Below are positions 37,532-49,555 of a stretch of 64,000 nt of DNA, one piece after another. Within the stretch, counting starts at the first letter, position 1. Each line of letters begins with the position of its first letter. The notes below the pieces were generated by a model, which saw only the letters and a list, made by a program, of their open reading frames with translations, searched no databases and was not told where the DNA came from. The stretch is from Camelus dromedarius (taxonomy: Eukaryota), in assembly GCF_036321535.1 (NCBI RefSeq), contig NC_087436.1, forward strand, positions 113,648,001-113,712,000. Direction: 5' to 3'. A program made the position numbers and the translations under genes.

Positions 37532-38235
37532 CAAGAGCTATTTTTAGTATTATGAAATGGAAACTGTATAAAATTTTCTTCCAGTTTGTGGACTCAATCA
37601 TTCTCAGAAAAAAACTCCTGTCATTTTTATAATGTTCTAAGTTAAAAGATATGGGCTTAAGGAGAGAAGTGACCCACAGTACCTGAATAGGACAAAGTCA
37701 TATGAGCAGAGTCCTTTAAGAATTCTGTCTAAACAAAGCTTGATTTTGTCTAGGTTTGCTAAACATTATGCAGAAATCAAATACAGAAATCAATTAAGAT
37801 CTCAGCCATTTGAATGTACTCCACTCTTCGACTTGCTCTTGCTCTTACATGGGGACTTAAATCTCATATGTCAAGAAAAACTAATTCTAAACTTTTAAAA
37901 ATTAGGAAACAAAGCATTATTTAGCTTGAAGCCGTAACAAAAGCCATCTGTTGTGAATCCTTCATTTGGAAACAGGATTTTCTCCCCTGTTCTCTAACCT
38001 AAAGGCCTTAAGCTGGAGCTTTCTGACATGAATTTTTGAAACAAAATATGGATTCCTGATTCATCTGTAAGTAGGATCCTCCTGTGGAATGTCCTTATTT
38101 CCCTTTCATGACTGAGAAAACTTTTACTCATTTTCAAGATGCAGCGTCAGTGTCTCATTTCCCTGACTAGATAAGCTATCTTTCCTTGTTGATAAAATAC
38201 TCCATAAACAAAGGCTACAATGAACTTATCAGTGT

Positions 38236-38306
38236 ATTATTATTTTATTAGTTATAATAATATGTAATTGCATTATTATTTTATTAATTATAATAATATG
38301 TAATTG
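38236..38306. repeat. 36-bp-period tandem duplication (2 copies, 1 internal mismatch)
   Basis: attattattttatta(g/a)ttataataatatgtaattg at 38236-38270 and 38272-38306. Confidence 0.92.
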
Positions 38307-38589
38307 TTTAGGAATTTGCAGTTTATTTATATGGACAAACCATCTATTCATTTTACAGGTAGACTCTAGGTGTGCAGTTATGCCTGGCTGGATCCCTTAC
38401 AGTGACTCTACAGATATGCCCAGCTCCATCTATGACGCTGAGTCAGAGAACTGATGATGCGTGTGCCCACTGGCAAAGGGGGAGGGTGGACCCATTCACC
38501 TTGCTCTCTGTCTTCTCTGCGCAGATCTTAGGTTATTGCAGTGATAGGCATGAGCTAGATTGCATCTGTTCATAAGAAGGAAGGAGGGC

Positions 38590-38751
38590 TGTCTGTGCAC
38601 ATCTATTCTCAATTCCCCTTCAGTGACATCACATCGGTAGCTTAAAATAAGACATAGTGGGGGCATTTATACCATGGAAATGGGTAAACACCACACATCT
38701 CAGTTTCCTCCCTGGAGAGCTGGTTGTTAAATCCTTACCAGGATGCCATTG
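38590..38751 (+). mobile_element. MER63-type (hAT-Blackjack) element; may extend left to about 38375
   Basis: ttcagtgacatcacatcggtagctt...atttataccatggaaatgggtaaac...ctggagagctggttgttaaatccttaccag. Confidence 0.8.
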
Positions 38752-38799
38752 CTCATTTGTCACTTTCTGATATTACAAATTGATCAAAGCCTCGTATTA

Positions 38800-39110
38800 C
38801 ATGCTATCAAAACCATGCTCCTCTCCCTTGTAGCATTTATCTGAGTGGCAATTTGATGTTTATTTGCAGTGGAAAGATCAATTGAGACAGTATGTACTAA
38901 GTACCAATTACAGGTATGGAACAAAATGTGTAACTATTTAAATGATTAAGCTTATTTATTATGTAATCATTGGTGTGTTGTTTTCCCCTCCACAAGATGG
39001 GTAAGTTGCATAAAGGCAGGACAGTGCTTGCTTTCTGCCCTAAGGATCTAAAATAATCCCTGGCCCACAGTAGATAAACAACTACATTGTGATAAAGCAA
39101 TAAATAAAAC
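38800..39110 (+). mobile_element. L2 tail
   Basis: gtaagttgcataaaggcaggacagtg...cctggcccacagtaga. Confidence 0.65.
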
Positions 39111-40301
39111 CACCATTTTCTGCTGCTGATAATAGCTCTCTGATCCATCACACACCCAACCCCCTGTGTGTTGAGTGAGAAGGAGTTGATTTCACGTGTT
39201 ACCTGTTAAGGGGGCGTGGCTGACAGTTCTACCCAGGCTACCTATGATTCTGTTACATCAGTCGTTGTAAGCATTGGTGTCTGTCCTTGCCTTTCAGTGA
39301 ATTGTTAATATGACAGATTTCCTGAGGGACCAAATAACCTTTAAAAATATTTAGTGAGTAGGAACAACAAGTGTATCTTGGGGATTCATGTCTAGAAAAT
39401 AGGCTTAATTAGGTACTTAACCATTCGTTATTATTCTCTCCCCTCCATGTGTTAATCTGGCTTTGATTTGGTTACTATGGCTGTTCCCAAGATGTCGTTG
39501 TTTAAGAAAATGCATTTTTCACAATTGTCAGTTCTGAAGATGTTACTAAAAGATGGTTATGAAGTATTTCTAATCTTCATTTCTCAGTTGATTCATTAGT
39601 GGGATGAAGCTCAAGTGTGGCTTCATTAAGTCTTTTCATTGATGGGAGTACATTCACATAAAAACTCAGCCTCCCAACACTGACTGTCATCCGTGACAGG
39701 CATCCAGTGTTTCCAGCTCACAGGCCGGATCTCGCATCTTTAATGAGAACATCAGAGTGCTTAGCAGCCAGGGCTGCGTAGTTGGGGCAGCAGGCGTGGA
39801 TGTAAAGGTCACTCCAGGGAAATTAAATTGTTTTGTTTTTCAGTACTTTGTTTTGCAAGCAGGTGATCTGAAGCATCTCAGATCTTACAACACCAGGAAT
39901 CCAGTGTGGAAGTTTTCATAATGCTGGAGGCTACCCATGACATTGTATTCTTAACATAAAAATATTGCTAACATGGGAGGCCCTCAGGCATTCTGGAAGG
40001 GGCATTCTCACCTGAAATCGGGAGACTTGGGCCTTTATCCCATCACTCCTACTAAAAATAATGATAATAAAAATAGTGCATACTCTTTGAGTTCTTACTT
40101 TGTACAAGATGATATTTTTAGTGATTTATAAATATGGGGAGGTTGAAGGGGTTGAAACATGAAGTCACATGGTAACTCAGATATGCGGACAGAATGTAGT
40201 TCTATTTGTTCTGTATTTGCTCCACTTTTTCTGCTAAGTCCCATGCACTGGTGTCAAAGGGAAAAAATATTTAGATTTAGTCCAATAAATACTTTTAACA
40301 T

Positions 40302-40570
40302 TTGCTGTCCAATATAGTAGCCAGTACCCATGCATTCTTATTTGAGCACATGAAATTTGATTGGTCGAAATGGATAGGTGCTCTGAGTATAAAATACACA
40401 TTGGATTTCAATTACTTTGTAGGAAAAATAAAGAATGTACATCTGTTTAATAATTTTTATATCAATAACATGTCAAAGTATTTCAGAAATTTAAAATACA
40501 TTGTTCACATCATTGCTTCATTTTATTTTAATTAAATGTGGCTACTGCAAAGTTTAAAACTAAGTATGTA
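40302..40570. mobile_element. MER33-type (hAT-Charlie MITE)
   Basis: tgctgtccaatatagtagcca...ttatttgagcacatgaaat...agtataaaatacacattggatttc...aatgtggctactgcaaagtttaaaac. Confidence 0.85.
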
Positions 40571-41275
40571 TCCACTACTTATGTTTTCCTCCAGGTAGAA
40601 GAATAACAAGTATTGAGGTTGTGAGTCTTGAAAGACTTGGTGTTTTGAGGACACAAAAGACAACACAGTATCTGGGAACACTGGCAGAGAGTGTATAACA
40701 GGCAGAGAGCAGAGTAAAACCAGAGAGAAAATGAGAGGTCAGATCATGTAGACAGACAACTGTGGTCTCTAGAAAGGAGTCTGAATGTGTTCTAAGAATA
40801 ACAATGAAAAGTTGTTGAAGGGTTTTGGCAATAGATAAGGAATGTTATGTGTGTTTTATATCACTTCTCTAAGCCTCAGTTTCCCTATCTTTAAAATAGA
40901 TGGAATAACATTAATGTCTTCAAAAGATCGTTGAAAAAGATGATGCATGAGTAGTCACTATGGAAGTTGTAAAATACTGTAGAAATATAAAATAATCTTA
41001 ACATTATGGTTACCGCTCAGAAATCTTCAGTGATTCCCTGGCATCAATGGCATAACGTCTTCCATCAATGAGTCGTAAAGTGTTCCATCTGTTGGCACCA
41101 TCTGACCAATATGAACATTTATCTCATTTTCTGCCTCAGTATATTATCTCCAGTCTTCTCCCCATTATATCTCCTGTGCCTACAACTTGCTTTTGCTCAT
41201 AATGAGCAGTGTGTTCATTTTTAATGCCTTCTTCAATTTCCTCCACCTATTCTAATCCAGTTTCACACTTGTACC

Positions 41276-41783
41276 TGTATTAGTCTGGATTCTCTTGGTT
41301 ACAAGGAACAGGAAAACCTCACTTGTAAGTGAAAAGTCCAGGAGGGTGTCTAGTTCCTCTGGGCATAAACTGATCCAGGCACTCATGAAACCATGTCAGG
41401 GATTTGTGTTTTAGGTCTCTATCTCTAAATTTCTCCCATGAGTTGTCAGTTTGATCATTCATAACTCCAGACTTCATCCTACCAGCTTAGCAACTCCACT
41501 AGAAAGAGAATTTCTCTTTCCCAAATGTCTGGCAAAAGTCTCATGTTTCACTCTATTGGCCTAAATTCATTATACACCCTGAATAAACCTATGTAATATG
41601 TATTGGCCAAATCCCAGGCCAGAGCCCACACAATGGTTTGAGGGCCCTAGGTGGAGTTAGTGCCCATCCAAAATGGATGAAGTGGGTTTGGGGTAGGTCC
41701 CAACAGAAAAACAGAATTTGGAAATGGACACTTCACAGGCAAAAAGAAAAGAAAGCAAAAACCCTGCCCAGATATCCACCATA
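41276..41783 (-). mobile_element. Old MaLR solo LTR (MLT1J/K-like)
   Basis: tgtattagtctggattctcttggttacaaggaacag...gaaaagtccagg...ccagcttagcaactcca...gatatccaccata. Confidence 0.75.
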
Positions 41784-42762
41784 ATGCTAGGTCATGTCCC
41801 TTGTCCTCCATGGGCCCTGCCTTGTGACTTCAGGCAATAATTATCTTTTTCCTTCCTGACTTTTCTTCATACTTGGTCTCTGGAGCATATATTTTTGGCA
41901 CTTGATATTCCATTCTGCACTTTATTATAACCATAAAATTTTTATTGCCTGATTAGACCTTGATGATAATCTCGTCCTAGAGATGTGAAAGCCCTGAAGG
42001 AAAAAATAATAAATTTTGGATTATTTTGAAAATATTTCTTAAAGACTTTTAAGTTATTTCTAGGGGAAAAAAGTTACAAAAATTCTTTAAAAAAAAAAGC
42101 TATAACATTTTTTTCCCAGAGGTTTGCATTATTATTCTTAAAACTTCTGAATATGTCAATCATGACAATTTTATGAACAAACTAAATGCATGGTGTAACT
42201 TTAAATTTCTAACCCAGGAGTGTGTCTTTTGATCTGTAAAGGATGAATGTGTTCCCTCTGTCCCCGAATATATGTATGTATGTATGTATCTATGATATCT
42301 ATCTATATCTGTATCTATACATATAAAATTGTTTTGTTTCCTTTTGACTTGACTTTAACATTTTACAATGTTCTTCTTCTTTTTTTAAAAAATTTCTTTG
42401 GATCTAAATATGCCCCAGTCTGCCTATCTGTCATTCCTGATACGTCTTTGTTTGTACATTACAGTTGTCTCTGAGTTGTAAGAGGTGTGTTCCTAAGGGC
42501 AATTGAGTATCTGTATTTGTTATGGGTATATGAGCTAATGTGTGCCTATGTATGTGTCTGATGTATTTGTTTTTTTTTTCCAGCTTCATTGAGATGCAAT
42601 TGACATATAACATTGTATTAGTCTAAAGTGTACAATGTGATGATTTGATGCACATATATATATTGGAAAATGTTTACCACTATAAGATTAGCCAACACAT
42701 CCTTCACCTCACAAAATTACCATTTTGTTGTTATTACGGTGATGCCATTAAAAACATAGTCT

Positions 42763-43093
42763 TAGAAAGTTTCTTTCGTATGGCAGAGGGAACTATGTTC
42801 AGTATCTTGTAATAACCTTTAATGTAAAAATGTGATATACAAGATCTTGTGGTAACTCACAGTGAAAAAAAATGTGACAGTGAATATATGTATGTTCACA
42901 TACAACTGAAAAATTGTGCTCTACACTGGAATTTGACACAACATTGTAAAATGACTATAACCCAATAAAAAATGTTTAAAAAATATGGAAACAAATATAT
43001 GTATGTATATGCATGACTGGGACATTGTGCTGTACACCAGAGATTGACACATTGTAATTGACTGAACTTCAAAAAAAAAAACAAAACAAAACA
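42763..43093 (+). mobile_element. Lineage-young L1 3' UTR fragment, itself interrupted at about 42835-42978
   Basis: gggaactatgttcagtatcttgtaataacctttaatg...atgcatgactgggacattgtgctgtacaccag...poly(A). Approximate TSD aaaacatagtct / aaattatagtct. Confidence 0.85.
42835..42978 (+). mobile_element. Youngest L1 3' UTR fragment (innermost insertion)
   Basis: Reverse-complement match to about 60490-60635; has its own aataaa and A-rich tail. Confidence 0.85.
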
Positions 43094-43559
43094 AAATTAT
43101 AGTCTATAGCAACTTTCCAGTATACAGCATGGTGCTGTTAGTTATAGTCTCTGTGCTGTTCATTAGGTCCCTGGAACCCATTCATTTTATGACTGATCAT
43201 TGGTGCTCGTTGACCAGCATCTCCCCGTCTCCCCCGTCCCTTAGTCCCTGGGAACTACTATACTACTATCTGCTCTATGAGTTCAGTGTTTTCACATTCA
43301 CATGTCAATGAGATCATGCAGTATTTGCCTTTCTTTGTCTGCCTTATTTCACCTAGCATTATGCTGTGTGTATATTTGTTCTTTTATCTGTCAATGTGAC
43401 CATGTCCATGTTTGGCTATTGTGAATATTACTGCAATGAACGTGAGACTGCAGGTGTCTCTTTGAGATCGTAATCTCTTCTTCTTTGAATATATACCCAG
43501 AAGTGGGATTGCTGAACCATATTAAGCTTTTCCAAACTTCGATTTCACAGATAGGAAAA

Positions 43560-43920
43560 GAATAACAAAACTTTTGGGCTAGACACACATGGATGGGAAC
43601 TCTTGCTCCTACACTGAGTCATTCTCAGTGCTCCAGCAGCTCCTTTGAGCCTTGGTGTTCTCCTTTTCAAAGTAGAGCTAATGAGACCTATACTACAGGA
43701 GGGTGATAAAAATTAAATAAAGTAATATACATAGCACCCCAAGGAAAATCCCTGGCATATAACCCATTTATTTATTTATTCTTGTATTCACTGAAAATAT
43801 CCTTGAAGGCTTACTGTGCAGCTGGATATTATTCTGGCACTGAGGATGGAAGGTAAATAATATAAAAACCTCTGCTCTCAGGACACTCACTGTATGGTGA
43901 GAAATTGACCAGCAAATGTC
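43560..43920. mobile_element. MIR (+, about 43560-43765) followed by L2 tail (-, about 43770-43920)
   Basis: tttgagccttggtgttctcc...cctggcatata, then gcttactgtg...tggcactgaggat...cctctgctctcagg. Confidence 0.6.
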
Positions 43921-44344
43921 ATTTCTCTACTTCTTGCACACTGTTCCCAGTGTCACATGGTCCATTAATAGCACTTCTAGGAGTAGGAGCTGGCTTGTCC
44001 TGAATCCCAGGCAAATGCTTGAATGCTGAATTTTTCTATTTTACACTGAAAAATACATATCAGTATTGGTTTCTTAATTAAGTGGCTTGAAGAGTAACAT
44101 GGTAATTCAAGTTGGGGGAGGCTTAGAGCTACAGAATTGTAAAACAGTGTGAGCGGAAAGCGCTATACCAGGACATAGAGCGTGCACGCCACGATGCCTC
44201 CTCTCCCAGCTCACTGTGAGAGCATTTTCCCATTTGGCTCTGCCATTCTGGACCTCCGTTTTCCTCGGTTATAAATGAGAGATTTGGAATAGATACCCGT
44301 AAGTCTAACATTTACGTTTCTAAGTACAAAGCCTCTCTTTCAAT

Positions 44345-45400
44345 ATTTATGAGTTCAAGCATGTATCCCTTCTTTTAGCAATTACGGAATCTCCCCATGC
44401 AGGACAACATGTAGGCATTAGGAGTACTAAAGAGGATTAATTAAAAGGGCTAACAGGTGTGCAGTGAATGATAGCATAATGCGAAGAAAGCTATAGTAGA
44501 GATGTGAAGAAAGAGCTGTTGTGTTGAAATAGCGACTGGGCTCAGTTCCATTTGGAAGGATGGTGAGGAAAGCTTTGATGGAGGAGATGCCATTCAGTTG
44601 TGGAATTTGATGGACATCAGTGGATAAAATTTGGGTAGGTAAGAACTGGGGAAGAAGAGTCAAGCAGAGATAACCAGGAAGGTCTGTGCCACTTTATGAC
44701 AATGGCTGGTAGCTTGGTTTTGTCAGGTTATGTACTTCAAGAGGAGTGACTGATGTCATAAGGATGTACATTGGAGTCCGATTGTAGATAATCTAAATTA
44801 TCAGATTTAGGAATTTTAACTTTATCTGTTAGGTGATGCTTAAGTGTTGAAATGTTTTTGGGTAGAGAAGAAACATGATTATTTTATTTAGAAAAACTAT
44901 AATTCTGGTGGTAAAGTTGTGGATGAACTGGAGGGAAGTCAAATGGAAGTCCAGTTAGGAAGCAATAGAAGGATTAAGTGGGGCAGTAAAAACTAAAATG
45001 GAGAACTGACTTAGTGACACAATTAAGAAAATATTGATAAGCCTTAGTAACCAACCGGGTTTAGGTGCAAGGGACTGGGAGAAACTGGAGATGAACATAT
45101 TATTTCTAGCTTAAGCAACTAGACACCACTAATTATGCAAGGGAGAGAAGAGTAAACTTTGGAGGAAAATGAAGGGTTCTGGTTTGGAGCTGTTGAGTTT
45201 AGAACTCTTAAGAATACCTCAGGGTGATTTCTAGCTCAATGAATCTGACGTATGTTTAAACATTTGTGTCTGAAGCTAGGAGCAGGGATTTTGATGGAGA
45301 TGCACATTTGGGAATCACTCGTATACAAGATAATTGAAATGATGACACATGTTGAGAGTAGAGCTTGGTAAGCTAAGAAGTTCCAAGATGGGATCTATTG
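44345..45400 (-). mobile_element. L2 LINE, long degraded fragment
   Basis: ggaaagctttgatggaggagatgccatt...aggaattttaactttatctg...ttggagctgttgagttt...tggagatgcacatttgggaatca. Confidence 0.75.
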
Positions 45401-45864
45401 AAGATCTTAAGAAGTTTGGGCAATAAACTTTATGCTCACTATTGCTTCTAAATCAGCTTTAGTAACGCTCAGGAGAGAGAAAAAAGACAGTTTTGATAGC
45501 AGTATATCCATCCATAAAGGTAAATTATGATTATGGGTAAGACATTAGAGTTTATTCAGCATGGAGGACTTAAAAGATAATCCTGTGCCTTCTCAAATGA
45601 TGTATTTGGGTTCTCTGAAGCCCTTGATATTGTATCTCTGCCTTTTAAATGTTTATAATTGCAACCCCTTTAGGCGATAATGCAATGAGTTATCCTCATG
45701 TGAGGAGAAAAATTGAAGCAAGTTGATATGACCCCTAAATATGGAATTGATCCATTGGTTTGCATGCAGAGTGACTAGTGTAGTATCCTACAGAAAGCAG
45801 GTGCTCAGTTTTTGGCAAAGAGATGGTTACTGTCTACTAATAACTTAGTGCTTACGGGACAGGA

Positions 45865-46020
45865 GCACTGAGCATAGGTCAGGGTGCCGAGCTCCATTTG
45901 GCACTTAGTGAAATCTCAGTGTGACCTCAGGCAAGTATAGGGAGGATTCTGAGCCTCTGTTTCCTCGTGTGTTAAGATGGGGCAGTGGCTCTGTCTCTGA
46001 AGTCCCTCCCTGCTCTTTAA
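45865..46020 (+). mobile_element. MIR/MIR3 SINE
   Basis: gtgtgacctcaggcaagt...tctgagcctctgtttcctcgtgtgttaagatgggg. Confidence 0.75.
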
Positions 46021-46368
46021 GGCAACAGCTCCATGTCAGTGAACAGAATGCGCAGCCTACTGATTTCCCATTTGTTGGCTAGACTGTCTCACTAAGGGTT
46101 TATTTTTTGTTTTCCAGAGAGTAGGGTAGAGAGAATTCAGGCTTCTACCTACCACCCAAAACAATGTAAAGTATCATGAATTTTGAAGTTATTATCTTTA
46201 TGACAGTCAGGATTCCTAAGCTGAAGATCTCTTTCTCACTCCTTTTTTTTTTTTTTTTCAAAGATGATGCAATTGAAAAAAACCCACAGAGGCATCTCTG
46301 TTTTTCTTCCCAGATAAACTTTCCACCTTGTTCATCAATTCTTTTTATTTCAAAGAAATACGTCACTC

Positions 46369-46460
46369 ATAGGTGTACACACCTATCAAAAGTCATCAGA
46401 TTGTACGCCTGAAATGTGTAGTTTACTGTACAGAAATTATACCACAATAAAGTCATTTTA
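46369..46460 (+). mobile_element. Very short old L1M 3' terminus with TSD remnant
   Basis: aaaagtcatcagattgtac...aaattataccacaataaag; gtcactc preceded by A-rich sequence on both flanks (46362-46368 and 46467-46473). Confidence 0.75.
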
Positions 46461-46974
46461 AAAAATGTCACTCCTTAGCTATCCTTTCCAGGACTGTCTA
46501 GTGACCACATGGACACATCTATCAATGTGATTTAATTCTTTTTTCTTTATGGAGTTTGGGGAAGAGCTGTATACAGACTTCTCAGGTCTCACTGGGCAGA
46601 AGAAAGAGTTGTGGGGAGCTCTTACTCCCAGTAATGTAGTGCAGCATCAAAGTGCCCACATTAACTTTGCACCCAAGGGAAATTTCTCAATGTAGCTCTG
46701 GAGAGGCAAATCCCAGTGAACTGCCAAAGCTGGGGGTGCCTGGGGTAAATACTGAGCTCTGTGGCCAAGAATCAAGAGGATTGAATTGGAGAGGGAATAT
46801 ACAGGGAGGCAGAACAAAGGACAGCGGTATGGAAAGGCTGGGTGGATAGAAAGTCTGACAAGTATCTAGAGGTGGGGTCAGGTCCTGAGGCTAGGATGGT
46901 CTCATTTCCTGGTGGGATGCTTTGATGGGCAGCTTGGGTCCACTTAAAGGGTCTGATGTGTGATGGATGATTTA

Positions 46975-47505
46975 ATGACTTTCACTTTTTATGCTATGAG
47001 GGACAAACCAACACTCAAATTGGCTAAGCCAAAAAGAGGATCAAGTAACTAAAAAGTGCAGAGATATGACTTCATGTAGATGCCTCGAGCTAGGTCATCA
47101 GTGCTGATTTTATCATATCTTCCTCCTTTTACATGACATTACATTACATCACCAGCTTGGCTCATCTAATAGTGGCAAAATGGCTCTAAGCCTTGTATCT
47201 TTTCACCACCAGGACCAGATTCAGATACAGGATTCAGGATACCAGGACCAAAAGAGAGGAGAGAATTGCTGCCTCGCAGAAGCCACAGCTGGTCAGAGGC
47301 TCTAACCTGGTTATAAACCCAGGTCTCAAACAGTCACTGTGAGCAGAGGCAGGGGATGTGCTGACTGGTTCAGGCCAATGAGGTCTCGTTTCTGGAAGTA
47401 GGTCTAATCCACCTTAAATGTATTGGCTAAAATTGGGTGGGCAGGAATTCCCAAAAGTAAAAGAATGAAAAGAACACAGGAGAGGCAGCCAAGAAATACC
47501 TACCC
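46975..47505 (-). mobile_element. Old MaLR LTR (MLT1K/L-like)
   Basis: acaaaccaacactcaaattggctaagccaaaaag...taactaaaaagt...gtggcaaaatggct...gatgtgctgactggttcaggcca. Confidence 0.65.
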
Positions 47506-48987
47506 TAACTTATCAACTTAAATCTTCCCGAGTTTGCAAGAATGCTACTCATAGATAAGAGTTACCTTATTTTTTTTTCCTCCCCTATTGAAGCTGGAGG
47601 CAACTGGTGTAGCTGCAGGAGGAGCCAAAGCAAAATGCACAGCTAAAATTCAAGTTTAAGACACCAGGAAAACAATACACTAACGTTATTTAGGATTCTG
47701 GTGATTTGAAATGTTAGACAGAGTTTATTGTAACTTCTTATTGGCTACCCAAGGATCTGTGACCACTTCTGGCCTGTACCCAAGATCATATTCTATTGTT
47801 CCAGATTTATTTTAGCTTCCAGGAAAGAATCATTGGCCTGAATACTTCGTTTCCAACCAACCCCAATAGCAGTGATATTTGGCATAATTTTGCTTCTTGG
47901 CTTTGTTTCAAACCATCAGCCTTCCATCAACACATTTTGTCTATGAAGGCAAAATCAGATTCTGCCCTCTAAACTTTTATGGTGGTTCTCATCTCTGGGG
48001 ATGCTGTATTCAAAGTTACCAGATGTGCAAATACAGCCTTCGGCTGACTTTGTGGCCCTGTTATAATCGAGCTTCCTGTTTTGACAACTCTGCTTGTACA
48101 AAAAGGAACAGGTAGCATCATGAAGTGAACTCACTGCAACCATTTGGAATGAGACTTACCAGGTACAGCTACTGACAACTCTAACTCAACAGAGAAAATG
48201 ACAGTATTTGCAGCTTGGACAGTCATCTCACAGATCTACTGTCCCACTTTTGGTATACAGATTTTAACTTCGATTCAATTTATTAGAAAATTTCCAAGCT
48301 ACTGAGAAATTAAGCATGGACTGAAATGCCTCCCATCACATAATTAGTGTCAGAATCACTGGTGATACAACATTGAAAAAAATTTGTATCTCAAATATAG
48401 TAAAAAAAAAAAAAAAACAACACTCAATTTAAAATCGAGGGAATTGAGCTCTAGTTCATGGGTTGTCCCTGAGCAGCTGTGTGGCTTTGGACAATGTTCT
48501 TGTGGGGCCTCATTTTCTTCACTTATAAAACAAAAGCTGAAGTTGGAGAGCCTCCAGTTCTAGTCATCTGTTTCATTTCTACTTCTGTTATCAACAGGCT
48601 ACGGAAAAAAAAAAAAAAAAAAGAGAAAGGGATGACACAAACAAATCAGCCTAGCATCTACTCAACACTCACCCCCATAAAAATGTATAAAAAATTGCTG
48701 CCAAAAAAAGAGGAAAAAATTCATTATACTTTATTTTGACTCAGTTGCCTAATTTCAATGAGTAACCTCTAGTTATATTTACTTAGACCTAGCTAGCTAA
48801 ATTATGTGGAAGTCTAATTCCATTTGAGAGCATCTCAGGATTTTTATTCTGCATCGGCACAGCAGTGGGGTAACATGCACTGAGCCTATTTCACTCTGGA
48901 ATTGCATCTTCCATGGCCGGTCCCCTCCATCAGGTTATATCAGAATCTCACGGAGCAGGAACTGCAGTGGCATAGAGATACACCACC

Positions 48988-49163
48988 CAGGACTGGCTAC
49001 ATGAGGTACAATGCCTAGTGCAAAGTTTAAAATGCAGGGACTCATTTTAAAATTACTAAGAATTTCAGGACAGCAACAGCAGAACTTTGAACCAAACATA
49101 GGCTCCACCAAGCACAGGGTCATGAGCGACTGCAGTGATCAAAAGCCCATATAGCAGGCCCTG
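48988..49163 (-). mobile_element. MER45A-type (hAT-Tip100 MITE)
   Basis: caggactggctacat...agtgcaaagtttaaaatgcaggga...aagaatttcaggacagcaacagcagaac...gcgactgca...gcaggccctg, with CAGG/CCTG termini. Confidence 0.85.
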
Positions 49164-49164
49164 G

Positions 49165-49555
49165 TGATACCCAGGTCACCCTTTAAGGAAGGACTTGTTA
49201 CACACTAGCTGCAAGGAATGCTGGCTATGGTTGGTCTTCAGCTGTCAGTCCCTACAAGGATGGCATCAGCTGCAGAGATCCACCTCTCAAAAGATCACAC
49301 AACTTCCAGGGGCTGACCAACTGATGGGCAGGGATAAAAAGGGCTGATCATTTTAGCCGCATGTGAGACGATCTGATGGGTCATTTCAGCTCCAGACTTT
49401 CTCATGGGTCTGCGAGGCTCTCTGGTCTGCATGCAATTTACATGCTTACTCCACCTGGATCTGTTTTCCCTGCCGGCTCTGCAGGTGTTGTTCCTGTGGA
49501 TACTCCCCTCACCCTAAACTGTCTTAGGGTCTGCTTCTGGAAATCCCAGACTATT
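49165..49555 (+). mobile_element. LTR16-family (ERVL) solo LTR; 5' tip probably at about 48960, split by MER45A
   Basis: agctgcaaggaatgctggct...cagctgtcagtccct...catttcagctccaga...caggtgttgttcc...gggtctgcttctggaaatcccagact. Confidence 0.78.

Larger units (their letters stand above)
42568..43522 (-). mobile_element. L1MA-type 3' end, host of a nested insertion
   Basis: ttgagatgcaattgacata...gtgtacaatgtgatgatttgat ... gagatcatgcagtatttg...atatacccagaagtgggattgctg, interrupted at about 42763-43093. Confidence 0.88.
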
